From Acidobacteriota bacterium (GTDB taxonomy: Bacteria; Acidobacteriota; Terriglobia; Terriglobales; Acidobacteriaceae), in NCBI GenBank assembly GCA_028873155.1, contig JAGWML010000001.1:1-49421 (forward strand): 49,421 bases of DNA, read 5' to 3'. The notes beneath the pieces were generated by a model, which saw only the letters and a list, made by a program, of their open reading frames with translations, was not told the origin of the DNA and made no database searches. Numbering within the stretch: position 1 is the stretch's first letter; each line of letters begins with the position of its first letter. Both the position numbers and the translations under genes were made by a program. Shown here piece after piece: positions 28,733-37,928 of this stretch.

Positions 28733-29731
28733 TTGGGGATAGACTCGATGTTAACGAGCACGATGACGCAGGAAGCGGCAGAGACCCGGGCACCAAAAGA
28801 GAATTCCGGCAGGGACCAGGCCACCCTGTTGCAGAGTTTGACCACCGAGAGCCAGAACGAGGCCTCTCAGGGGTTCGACACCAAATCAGCCATCGAAATC
28901 GCGCGGATCATCAACCACGAAGACGGAAAAGTGGCGGCTGCGGTCAAGAAGGCTATCCCAGAGATCGCACAGGTCATCGACCAGGTTGCGCGCAGTCTGC
29001 GCGACGGCGGGCGTCTGATCTATGTTGGCGCAGGCTCCAGCGGCCGCATTGCCGCCCTGGATGCCTCCGAGTGTCCACCAACATACTCCACCGCTCCGGG
29101 ACAGATCCAATACATCATGGCTGGCGGACCCAAAGCGCTCGCCTCCGCGGTTGAGGTCAATGAAGACTCCGAGGAGCTTGGCCAGCGCGACATCGCCCGT
29201 CGCCGGCCCACTCGCAAGGATGTGGTGATCGGGATCTCGGCTTCCGGCCGGACCCCGTATGTCGTGGCCGCGGTCGCCTACGCACGTGCCCGTGGCGCGT
29301 TTGCCGCCGCAGTCACCTGCAACCATGGAACACCCCTCGCCGCTGCAGCCGATATCACCATGGTCGCTGAAGTGGGCCCCGAGGTTGTCTCCGGCTCCAC
29401 GCGCATGAAGGCTGGCTCCGCGCAGAAGATGGTGCTCAATATGATCACCACTGGCGCCATGACGCGACTCGGCTACGTGTACGAAAACCTTATGGTCAAC
29501 GTGCACATGCAGAACTCCAAGCTCGTCGAGCGCGGCATCCGGATTCTCATGAGCGCCTGCAAAATCGACCGCGAGACTGCCGTGCAGACCATCAAAGGCG
29601 CGGGCCGCAGCGTGCCGGTTGCCCTTGTCATGCTCAAGGCTGGAGTCGATAAGCCAGAGGCTGTTCGCCGCCTTGCCAAGTCCGACGGCAATGTGCGCCG
29701 TGCTGTTGAAGACAACGTCCTCGAACTGTAA
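28733..29731 (+). CDS. murQ: N-acetylmuramic acid 6-phosphate etherase
   Basis: LTTE, GAGSSGRI..LDASECPPTY, GISASGRTPYV, GPEVVSGSTRMKAG. The start could be ATG at 28748. Confidence 0.95.
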   Translation: MGIDSMLTSTMTQEAAETRAPKENSGRDQATLLQSLTTESQNEASQGFDTKSAIEIARIINHEDGKVAAAVKKAIPEIAQVIDQVARSLRDGGRLIYVGAGSSGRIAALDASECPPTYSTAPGQIQYIMAGGPKALASAVEVNEDSEELGQRDIARRRPTRKDVVIGISASGRTPYVVAAVAYARARGAFAAAVTCNHGTPLAAAADITMVAEVGPEVVSGSTRMKAGSAQKMVLNMITTGAMTRLGYVYENLMVNVHMQNSKLVERGIRILMSACKIDRETAVQTIKGAGRSVPVALVMLKAGVDKPEAVRRLAKSDGNVRRAVEDNVLEL

Positions 29732-29872
29732 ATGGATGGGCCCGCCAGAGTCGGGCCTTGCAGCAAAACCACTAATGCCGCATCCTGAGCATCATGCTCC
29801 AGGCAGACGCGACCATCAGGAAGCAGCGACCCTTGTTCAACTTGGCAGGGGTTCAACTTCTGTGGCTTTGCT

Positions 29873-31378
29873 CTAATCCTGTTCCAGCGGCACAATCACC
29901 AGGACTTCCACGCGCGCGACCTGTCCATTCAGCTTTGCCGGACGGAATTGCCACTGCTGCAACGCCTTCAATACATACGTGAGATCGAAACTGCCGGGCG
30001 AAAACGCAAACCCGAGGGACTCGAACTTGCCACCCTGGTCCACATATCCATGAATCATCAACGAATCTGCGTTCACCTCTGCCGGAATCACCGCCGGCCG
30101 CACAATCGAGTAAGGCCAGGGCGCTTCCAGCCGGTTCGATGAACCAGAGTGGGTTGCCTCCGCTTCCGCAGGAAGCGTGTACTGCAGAATCCAGCTTCTC
30201 GACAAACCCACATGCAGATAAACCGTGTACACCAGCCGGCCGCCCCACACATCCTGGATCTCGGGATACTGCTCCTTCAAACTGGATCCGACGACCACCA
30301 CGTTGTACTGCCCATTCGGCGGCAGTGCAATATGCGCGCCTCCAGCACCCTGCCCGGCACCGCTCGCTCCGGCTGCGGCCGACGGCGTCCCGCCTTGTGC
30401 GGATGCCTGCTCGCCCGGCTTTGAACCCACTCCCTTACCGTTCGACGCCCGTGCTTCCGACCCAGTCGTATCCCTGCCTTTGCTGTCCGCATTTCCTTGG
30501 CCGTTGACTGGACTATTTCCGGTATGTCCATCAACCATGCCGCCGTCTTTTGTCCCTGCTGCTGTCTGATTCAATGGAGCGAGGGCGATCACTCCATTCG
30601 TCACCTTTGTGTCCGATACCGACAAGACCGCGGCGGAGGCGGGAAGAGTCGATGCCAGCGACGAAGTCTCCGGCACACGAGGCGTGGGGCTCGGTCCCTG
30701 TACCTTCACCGGCGACGACGCGCTCGGCGGGGGCATCGGCGCCATTGTCGTGAACGGCGTCGCTGTCATCGCAATATCGGAAGGCTCGATTTGATCGGTG
30801 GGCCGGGTAATCGACGGACGGATCAACGCCGTGTTCGACGGATGCTGGATGGGCGGTGCAAGCACCTTAACCTTGGCAACCGGTGTGGACCAGAGGAGCA
30901 CCGCCGGCATGGGCGCATCCTTCATGACCAGCTTGTTCAAGGGAACGTCGGGCTGGATCAAAGTGTGCCGGGCAACAGGCAACGCCTCAAACTGATGCTG
31001 GCTGGCGGGAGCCGCCTGCTCCTTCATTGCATTCGAGGCGTCCGCGGCTTTGGATTTTGCATCCGGATAGTACTGATCATTCTTGGAGGAGCGCTGATCG
31101 GGCAGATCGGGCCGATTCAACTCCACTTCCCGCATCATGAAGGCGTCGCCCTTTCGCAACGGCCTGAATTGGGGAATCGACAGAAAGCCCAGCACCACCA
31201 GAGCAACTGTGCCCACGTGCAGCACGAGCGAGACGAAAAAGACGGATGGACGGAAGCTCCTTTGCCCCTGACCCGGCTCTACAAACAAGGTGTTGTATGA
31301 GTGCGTGACCGGCACAAGCTCCCTTTCCCCTACCCGCTTCCCGTTTTTTGCATGTTCCTGTGACTTCAGTAGTGCCAT
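29873..31378 (-). CDS. hypothetical TonB-like protein (TM anchor, Pro/Gly-rich linker, TonB-C-like end)
   Basis: SLVLH TM motif, long low-complexity linker, C-terminal ALQQWQFRPAKLNGQ. Confidence 0.75.
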   Translation of the reverse strand: MALLKSQEHAKNGKRVGERELVPVTHSYNTLFVEPGQGQRSFRPSVFFVSLVLHVGTVALVVLGFLSIPQFRPLRKGDAFMMREVELNRPDLPDQRSSKNDQYYPDAKSKAADASNAMKEQAAPASQHQFEALPVARHTLIQPDVPLNKLVMKDAPMPAVLLWSTPVAKVKVLAPPIQHPSNTALIRPSITRPTDQIEPSDIAMTATPFTTMAPMPPPSASSPVKVQGPSPTPRVPETSSLASTLPASAAVLSVSDTKVTNGVIALAPLNQTAAGTKDGGMVDGHTGNSPVNGQGNADSKGRDTTGSEARASNGKGVGSKPGEQASAQGGTPSAAAGASGAGQGAGGAHIALPPNGQYNVVVVGSSLKEQYPEIQDVWGGRLVYTVYLHVGLSRSWILQYTLPAEAEATHSGSSNRLEAPWPYSIVRPAVIPAEVNADSLMIHGYVDQGGKFESLGFAFSPGSFDLTYVLKALQQWQFRPAKLNGQVARVEVLVIVPLEQD

Positions 31379-31789
31379 CCTACATCGTGGCCGGACACAA
31401 CCGTGCATGCCATTGGTAACGTGTCACTCTCCATGCAACAGGCATATCGTTGCCACAGCTCTTCACAAGCAGCACCGCCATCGATCTGCCCCGTGCGCTG
31501 CAATCAACCGAACTCAGCGGGTTTCAATTGCTTGATAGCCGTCTCCCACTTTTGTGTTAGGACCTTTTCGACCTGTTAGATATATGGTTACCAAAGCCTT
31601 TCAGGTAACACTTTTTGTTGATTTGACGCGTTTCACTGAATGCTATACTGCAACCGCATTTAGCCCCAATGAGTGTTCAACCTGCGCGATGAAAATTACT
31701 TTTTTGCGTTGTAATCTGCTTCTCGACCAACAGCGCTGCAAGGGTCAAAACGCACATAAGGCCGTCCATGTGGTGAGACAGGAACATCA

Positions 31790-32626
31790 ATGAATCGAAG
31801 AATGATGATCATTCTCTTAAGCGCATTTGTCATCGCGTCCATGAGTGCTTTCCTGGTCTGGCGCATGGTGGGTGCACGGATTTCCGCTGCGAGACCTATT
31901 GCCACGACAAAGGTTGTGGCCGCTGCAAAGGAAATTAAGATCGGCACAGTCCTTGACGCCAGCGACCTGACGACCATTCAGTTGGTCGGCTCTGCTCCCA
32001 CTGGCGCCATTCTGGACGTGAAGAACGCCATCGGGCGCGGCGCGATCTCGCAGATCTACTCCGGCGAACCGATCCTTGAAAATCGTCTCGCGCCGAAGGG
32101 ATCAGGCGGTGGCCTCGCGGCGACCATCAAGGAAGGGATGCGTGCCTGCGCCGTCAAAGTCGATGAAGTCGTCGGCGTTGCCGGCTTTGCGACACCCGGC
32201 ATGCGCGTCGACGTTCTCGTGTCCGGAGTGCCTCCAAACTCGCAGAACACGCAGAACTCGCAGGTGAGGACAATCCTTCAGAATATTGAAGTGCTCTCCG
32301 CAGGCACCGACATCCAAAAGGATGCCGAAGGCAAGCCGCAGCAAGTTCAGGTCGTCAATCTGTTGGTCACCCCGGAGCAAGCCCAGATTCTCTCGCTCGC
32401 TGCTACCCAGATGCGCATCCAGCTTGTCCTTCGCAACCCACTCGACACCAAGATTTCTGTTGTGCCGGATACAGCGATGACGAGCCTCTTCGGTCAGCCT
32501 GCTCAGCCGGCCAATCCTGCTGCGCGGCGTGCCGCAAAGCCCAAACCCGCTCCCTTTACGGTTCAAGTAATTAACGGAAGCAAGGTGAGCGAACAAAAAT
32601 TTGCCTCGACTGGAGGACAACAGTGA
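31790..32626 (+). CDS. cpaB: Flp pilus assembly protein CpaB
   Basis: N-terminal TM, SAF domain, GMRACAVKVDEVVGVAGF..PG.RVDV, LQNIEVL, LVLRN. Confidence 0.93.
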   Translation: MNRRMMIILLSAFVIASMSAFLVWRMVGARISAARPIATTKVVAAAKEIKIGTVLDASDLTTIQLVGSAPTGAILDVKNAIGRGAISQIYSGEPILENRLAPKGSGGGLAATIKEGMRACAVKVDEVVGVAGFATPGMRVDVLVSGVPPNSQNTQNSQVRTILQNIEVLSAGTDIQKDAEGKPQQVQVVNLLVTPEQAQILSLAATQMRIQLVLRNPLDTKISVVPDTAMTSLFGQPAQPANPAARRAAKPKPAPFTVQVINGSKVSEQKFASTGGQQ

Positions 32627-34182
32627 GCGCACGACTCGGCCTCCTGCAGTTCAGCATCAGTGCCTTGATTTCGGCTTCAACCGCGTTGGCATTCGCGCAG
32701 GCCAATTCCCAACCTGCCCCCGCCACGCCACCGCCCATGTCGCAGAGCCAGGACTCCGCCAACGACCTCTCTGTGGCCGTCGGCAAATCGGTCGTCCTCG
32801 ATCTCGCACGTCCCGTTACGCGAATTGTTGTCGGCCTTGGAAATTTTGCCGAAGCCACGGCCGTTAGCCCCACTCAGGTCCTCGTCAACGGCGAGGCCCC
32901 TGGAGAAACCACTCTCATCCTCTGGGACCATTCGGGCGGGCGTCAGTTCTTCAATGTCACCGTTCACGCAAGCACCTTCGGCGTCAACGACAAAGTTGAG
33001 TCCGTACGCCGCGAGTTGCGGACCGAACTCCCAGGCCAGGACGTTCGCATCAGCTCTGAAAGCGGGAATATTTTCCTGCGCGGTACGGTGCCCGATCTCA
33101 CGAGCTCGAACCGCGCTGTGGCGATCGCCTCCACTGCAGGCAAGGTCGTCAACTTGCTCGACGTCAACCTGCCCAAACAGCAGCGCCAGATCCTCCTCAA
33201 GGTTAAGTTCGCCAGCGTGGATCGCAGTAAAGAGCTTCAGCTGGGCATGAATCTGTTCAGTACGGGCTTCGGCAATACCATTGGAACTCTGAGTACCGGC
33301 CAGTTTTCGCCACCCAGTGTCACCGTTCCCACGCCAGGCGCTCCCATCACTACCACTCTTTCCAACGCACTTAATCTCTTTGCTTTCTACCCCGGAATCA
33401 ACCTGGGCGCAACAATCGAGGCGCTGTCGCAGAAGGGGCTGGTCCAGGTGCTTGCAGAACCCAACGTGCTCGCAGAAGATGGCAAACAAGCCAGCTTCCT
33501 GGCAGGTGGCGAATATCCGTTCCCCATGGTGCAGGGTGCGGGCGTGGGCGGGGCGTCGGCGATCACCATCATGTTTAAGGAATACGGCGTCCGCCTCAAC
33601 TTCCTTCCGAACATCACCCCCCGAGGCACCATCCGCCTTCAGGTCGCGCCAGAAGTCAGCGCGCTTGACTTTGCGGATGCGGTCCAGATTGCCGGTTTTC
33701 TCGAGCCTGCCATCACGATCCGTCGAGTAAAAACAGAGGTTGAACTCAGCGACGGACAAAGCTTCGCCATCGGCGGTCTTTTGGACAACCGCGACAACGA
33801 GGCGTACCAGAAAATTCCGTTTCTCGGCGACATCCCCATCATCGGTAAATTCTTTCAGTCGATGTCCCGAACAAAGAGCAATACCGAGCTGATCGTGATC
33901 GTCACTCCGGAGATTGTCGATCCGGCGCCGGTGGGAACCGAAATTGCTGCGCCCAAACTTCCGAGCAGCTTCCTTCCTCCCAATTCCAACACTCCTATGC
34001 ACACGCCCGATGCCAAGGCATCCGGCGCTGCGCCGGAGCAGCAACCCGCATCGATTCCTGTGGAACAGTTGATGGATAGCATGAAGCCCGAACCAATCAT
34101 GACCGACGCAGGCTCGAGTGGCGGGGGGAGCGGTGGCGGAGGTGGGAGCAGCATGGGTGGGAGTTCAGGTGGCACGCCATAG
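32623..34182 (+). CDS. cpaC: Tad/Flp pilus secretin CpaC/RcpA
   Basis: PGETTLILWD, BON-like segment, LAEPN…ASFLAGGEYP, FKEYGVRL, IPFLGDIPIIG..F, ELIVIVTPEIV. Confidence 0.92.
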   Translation: MSARLGLLQFSISALISASTALAFAQANSQPAPATPPPMSQSQDSANDLSVAVGKSVVLDLARPVTRIVVGLGNFAEATAVSPTQVLVNGEAPGETTLILWDHSGGRQFFNVTVHASTFGVNDKVESVRRELRTELPGQDVRISSESGNIFLRGTVPDLTSSNRAVAIASTAGKVVNLLDVNLPKQQRQILLKVKFASVDRSKELQLGMNLFSTGFGNTIGTLSTGQFSPPSVTVPTPGAPITTTLSNALNLFAFYPGINLGATIEALSQKGLVQVLAEPNVLAEDGKQASFLAGGEYPFPMVQGAGVGGASAITIMFKEYGVRLNFLPNITPRGTIRLQVAPEVSALDFADAVQIAGFLEPAITIRRVKTEVELSDGQSFAIGGLLDNRDNEAYQKIPFLGDIPIIGKFFQSMSRTKSNTELIVIVTPEIVDPAPVGTEIAAPKLPSSFLPPNSNTPMHTPDAKASGAAPEQQPASIPVEQLMDSMKPEPIMTDAGSSGGGSGGGGGSSMGGSSGGTP

Positions 34183-34250
34183 CCCCTCTTCTGGACGGCC
34201 TGCTGAGCTGCCGCTGGGTAGCCTTCGGCAAGGACGCTCTCAAGCCACAA

Positions 34251-34287
34251 GCAAAACGGCCTCACTCCTTGAGTGAGGCCGTTTTGC
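34251..34287. terminator. perfect 17-bp hairpin (terminator-like)
   Basis: GCAAAACGGCCTCACTC-CTT-GAGTGAGGCCGTTTTGC. Confidence 0.7.
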
Positions 34288-34348
34288 AGCATGATGGGGC
34301 CTGCCTGATGCAGTACCGACCTGACCTTGACCGGACAAACGGAGAAAC

Positions 34349-34804
34349 ATGAATTCGACGATCTTTGATCGAGTGGTGAATCGCCTGCGCAAACCCCTGG
34401 GCCGCCCAGTCGTTGCAGCGCTTGAAAATCCACAGCAACTCATCAACACAACCCGGAACACAACCCTCGCAACAAGCCTTGAGATTGCCCGTACCAGTGC
34501 GGAGCGTTCCAAAGGGCTCCTCGGGCGCGACGCACTCCCTTCCGGCGGCGGCCTTTGGATCGTCCCATGCGAGTCCGTTCATACCTTCTGGATGCGATTC
34601 CCGCTTGATCTCGTTTACGTGGATCGCTCGCTGCGCGTTAAAAAGGTCAGGAATGCCGTAGGACCATGGCGGATCTCCGCCTGTCTGAGCGCCCACTCGG
34701 TGCTCGAACTCCCGGCCGGCATCATCCGTGAATCGAGGACACAGCCAGGGGATCAGCTGCAAATGAGCCTCGCCAACCGGCCCACCGCAATATCCCAGAT
34801 CTGA
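34349..34804 (+). CDS. DUF192 domain protein
   Basis: RSKGLLGR, GLWIVPCESVHTFWMRFPLDLVY, VLELPAG. Confidence 0.9.
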   Translation: MNSTIFDRVVNRLRKPLGRPVVAALENPQQLINTTRNTTLATSLEIARTSAERSKGLLGRDALPSGGGLWIVPCESVHTFWMRFPLDLVYVDRSLRVKKVRNAVGPWRISACLSAHSVLELPAGIIRESRTQPGDQLQMSLANRPTAISQI

Positions 34805-34844
34805 CGCAATCTTCTCATCGGACCTCATTCATTGGATGACTCCT

Positions 34845-34871
34845 TCATGGATCACCCGATTCTTCCGATAA
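34845..34871 (+). promoter_or_regulatory. sigma28/FliA-like promoter
   Basis: TCAT-N15-TCCGATAA upstream of the EAL-HDOD gene. Same geometry at 41110-41136. Confidence 0.5.
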
Positions 34872-35022
34872 GGATCTTGCAGGACCCTGGAGCATTCAAT
34901 CGCTCCAGCCGGCATGCCGACATCGCTGTTCTTTCTCTTGTGCGTCTCATCCTGATCGCGAGAACAGGGCTGAGCGGCCACTGGAAAGGACATGCCGCCG
35001 GTCTGCAGAGGAGACCAGCGGC

Positions 35023-36261
35023 ATGGCAAATCTGGCAACCCGCAATCAACCCGAATCCATCCGCTACTCATCCCGTGAGCCCATCCTCACTGCCACACAA
35101 AAGGTCATTGGTTACAAGCTCTTCTTCCGCTCCGCCGCGAATCAACCCATGCGCAGTGACCTGGTCGGGGAACAGCTCGACGCTCTCTTCCACGTCTCCT
35201 CTCTCGTCGGCCTCAATACGCTCAGCGATCGCCGTCTCGCCTTTCTCACCTGCTCGCACCAGTCTCTGGTCGAGAACCACATCCTGCTGCTGCCGGCCGA
35301 GCGCGCCGTCCTTGAGATTCCCCGCACCGTTCCCGCAACCGAAGAGGTCCTGGCTATCTGCCATCGGCTCAAGCAGGCCGGTTACCGCATCGCGCTCGAA
35401 TGCGTCACCCGCAACGACCCTCGCGAATCCCTCTTTGAGTTGGCTGACTTCCTGAAGATCAGCATTCACCGCGTGCCCACAGCCGAGATCGAGTCGATGA
35501 CCAGCCATCATCGCCACAGCCGCACCCGGCTCCTCGCCGACCGGGTCGAAACCTGGGATGACTTTCAGCGGGCGCGTTCCGCGGGCTTCCAATACTTTCA
35601 GGGCCACTTCTTTCGCAGACCCGAGACGCAGCGTGCTCACCGGGTGGGCTCCATCCGCGCTATCGGCCTCCGGCTGCTGCAGACCATCCATAAGCCAACC
35701 CTCGACTGGTACGCAATCGAGGACACACTCAAGCGCGACGCCACGTTGTCTTACCGGCTGCTGCGATACCTCAATTCGGCAGCCTTCGGACTCCGCAGCG
35801 AAGTCCACTCCATTCGTCAGGCGCTCACCCTGCTCGGAGAAGACGAATTCCGCCGCTGGTGCCGCCTTGCAATCTTTCTCGATACCGCGCAGAATCGTCC
35901 GTCCGACCTTGTCCTCTCGGCGCTCATTCGCGCTCGCTTTGCCGAACTCATCGGTCTTCAGCTCAATTCCGCCGATACCGATCTCTTCCTCCTCGGCCTT
36001 CTTTCGCTCATGGACGCCATCCTTGAGATCCCTATGACCGATGTCCTGGATGGACTGCCCCTCGGCGCTGATATCCGCACCGCTCTTGTCGATCATCAGG
36101 GTCCGCTTGCGCTCGTCTTTGATCTTGTCCTCGCCATCGAAGCGGGCGCATGGGGCAGCACCGTTCGCCTCTGTGAGGCCCTCCATCTGGATCCAGATCG
36201 TGTCGCCGCCGAGAGCTTGCAAGCGATGGAATGGGCACAGATGCTGCTCGCGCCCGCTTAG
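35023..36261 (+). CDS. EAL + HDOD domain protein (YuxH/PdeH-like), degenerate EAL
   Basis: REPI…GYKLFFR, LLADRVET…FQYFQGHFF, HDOD LSYRLLRYLNSAAFG, FLLGLLSLMDAIL. Confidence 0.9.
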   Translation: MANLATRNQPESIRYSSREPILTATQKVIGYKLFFRSAANQPMRSDLVGEQLDALFHVSSLVGLNTLSDRRLAFLTCSHQSLVENHILLLPAERAVLEIPRTVPATEEVLAICHRLKQAGYRIALECVTRNDPRESLFELADFLKISIHRVPTAEIESMTSHHRHSRTRLLADRVETWDDFQRARSAGFQYFQGHFFRRPETQRAHRVGSIRAIGLRLLQTIHKPTLDWYAIEDTLKRDATLSYRLLRYLNSAAFGLRSEVHSIRQALTLLGEDEFRRWCRLAIFLDTAQNRPSDLVLSALIRARFAELIGLQLNSADTDLFLLGLLSLMDAILEIPMTDVLDGLPLGADIRTALVDHQGPLALVFDLVLAIEAGAWGSTVRLCEALHLDPDRVAAESLQAMEWAQMLLAPA

Positions 36262-36325
36262 ATTCACTCGCCGTCCTCGTCATCGCGTTACAATTGGCCT
36301 GCGTTGTTCACGCCGGAGGAGATCT

Positions 36326-37879
36326 ATGCGCAAACACTGGACCCTGCTCGCCATCGTTCTCATCGTCATCCTCGCCGTTCTCGTGCTGGTTCCCTTCTTC
36401 GTCAATGCAGATGCATTCCGCCCCGTCATCCAGCAGAAGGCATCCAGCGCCCTTGGACGCCAGGTCACTCTTGGCCATCTCAGCCTCTCCCTTCTCTCCG
36501 GCAGCCTTGAAGCAAACGACATCGCCATCTCCGACGATCCAGCATTCAGCACCACTCCCTTCGTTTCCGCACAAAAGCTCGCCATCGGCATTGAAGTTCT
36601 GCCCCTGTTGCTGCACCGGCAAATCCGCGTCACCAGCTTCGTCCTGGACTCGCCCAGCATTCAACTCATCCATGCGGCAAACGGCAAATGGAACTTTTCA
36701 TCTCTCGCTGGAGCCTCCCGCGCGCCATCGCAACAGAGCACTCCATTGCCAGACCTCACCATCGGTGAGTTGCAAATTAAAAATGGCTCTGCGACGCTTT
36801 CCTCGCTGCCCGCCACCGGCAAGCCCTTCGTCTACTCCGCCCTGAATCTCACCGTGAAGGACTTCTCATTTGTCCGCTCTGTTCCATTTGACCTTTCCGC
36901 GAGTCTTCCCGCCTGCGGCACGCCCACTGTCAGCGGCCAAGGCGGACCGCTGTCAAAGAAGGACGCTGCCGACACGCCGTTCAACGCGACGATGCAGCTC
37001 AGAAAATTTGACCCGGTCGCCGCAGGCGTCATCGATCGGGACAAGGGCATCTCCATGCTGGCCGATGCTGACGCCAAAGTCGCCTCCGATGGCGACAACC
37101 TGAGCGCCAGCGGCACTGTCACCGCGTCCCGGCTCCAGTTGTCGCGCAGCGGATCGCCCGCTCCCCATCCGGTTCGCGTCGATTTCGCCGCGACAGACGA
37201 CCTCGACGCGCGCAGCGGCAAGATTCAAGATGTCGCCGTGCACACCGGATCGGTCGCCGTCCACACTGCGGGCACCTTTCATCTCACACCACAGGCAGTG
37301 CTGCTCGACCTCCATCTCAACGCGCCCGGCCTGCCCATCGATCAACTGGAAGAGTTGATGCCGGTCGTTGGCATCCAGCTTCCCTCGGGCTCCCAATTGC
37401 GCGGCGGCACGCTCAGCTCCAATCTCGCCATCTCTGGCCCGGCCACCGCGGTGCGGCTTGCGGGTCCGGTTGAAATTGACAACACTCTGCTCGCCGGATT
37501 CGACCTCGGATCCCGGCTGCAGGGAATGAACCTGTTTGGAAAAACGAACGGCGGCACGCAGATCCAGACCCTTCGCACAGATGTAGATTCCACGCCGGCC
37601 CTGACCACCTTCTCCAACATCTACGGCAACCTGCCCCAGGTCGGCTCCGCCACCGGCAGCGGCACCTTCGCGCCCAACGGAGCGCTCAACTTCCAGATGC
37701 GCGCGAAGATCACCACATCCAACGTGGCCGGAGCGGTCGCCAACCAGGCACTCAATGCGCTCGGCGGCTTTCTCGGCAACCGCTTCCAGCAGAACACCAG
37801 CAACGGCATTCCGCTCACGATTACTGGAACCGCGCAGAATCCCACCATCCGCGCCAATATGGGGGCTATGTTCCATTGA
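36326..37879 (+). CDS. AsmA family protein
   Basis: GGAGGAG RBS, N-terminal TM, ALGRQVTLG, G.WNFSSL, C-terminal IPLTITGT..NP. Confidence 0.88.
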   Translation: MRKHWTLLAIVLIVILAVLVLVPFFVNADAFRPVIQQKASSALGRQVTLGHLSLSLLSGSLEANDIAISDDPAFSTTPFVSAQKLAIGIEVLPLLLHRQIRVTSFVLDSPSIQLIHAANGKWNFSSLAGASRAPSQQSTPLPDLTIGELQIKNGSATLSSLPATGKPFVYSALNLTVKDFSFVRSVPFDLSASLPACGTPTVSGQGGPLSKKDAADTPFNATMQLRKFDPVAAGVIDRDKGISMLADADAKVASDGDNLSASGTVTASRLQLSRSGSPAPHPVRVDFAATDDLDARSGKIQDVAVHTGSVAVHTAGTFHLTPQAVLLDLHLNAPGLPIDQLEELMPVVGIQLPSGSQLRGGTLSSNLAISGPATAVRLAGPVEIDNTLLAGFDLGSRLQGMNLFGKTNGGTQIQTLRTDVDSTPALTTFSNIYGNLPQVGSATGSGTFAPNGALNFQMRAKITTSNVAGAVANQALNALGGFLGNRFQQNTSNGIPLTITGTAQNPTIRANMGAMFH

Positions 37880-37928
37880 TTGGACTGGGACGCAGAAGAG
37901 AAGCAACTGCCGCAAAGGGGTAGTCCGG

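Noticed and set aside
29835-29860. Direct repeat GTTCAACTT x2 as a possible LexA box
   Set aside because: It lies between convergent 3' ends, and the GTTC spacing is 12 nt rather than 7.
31438-31456. Sigma54-like TGGCAACGATATGC on the minus strand
   Set aside because: GG-to-GC spacing is 9 nt, not the required 10.
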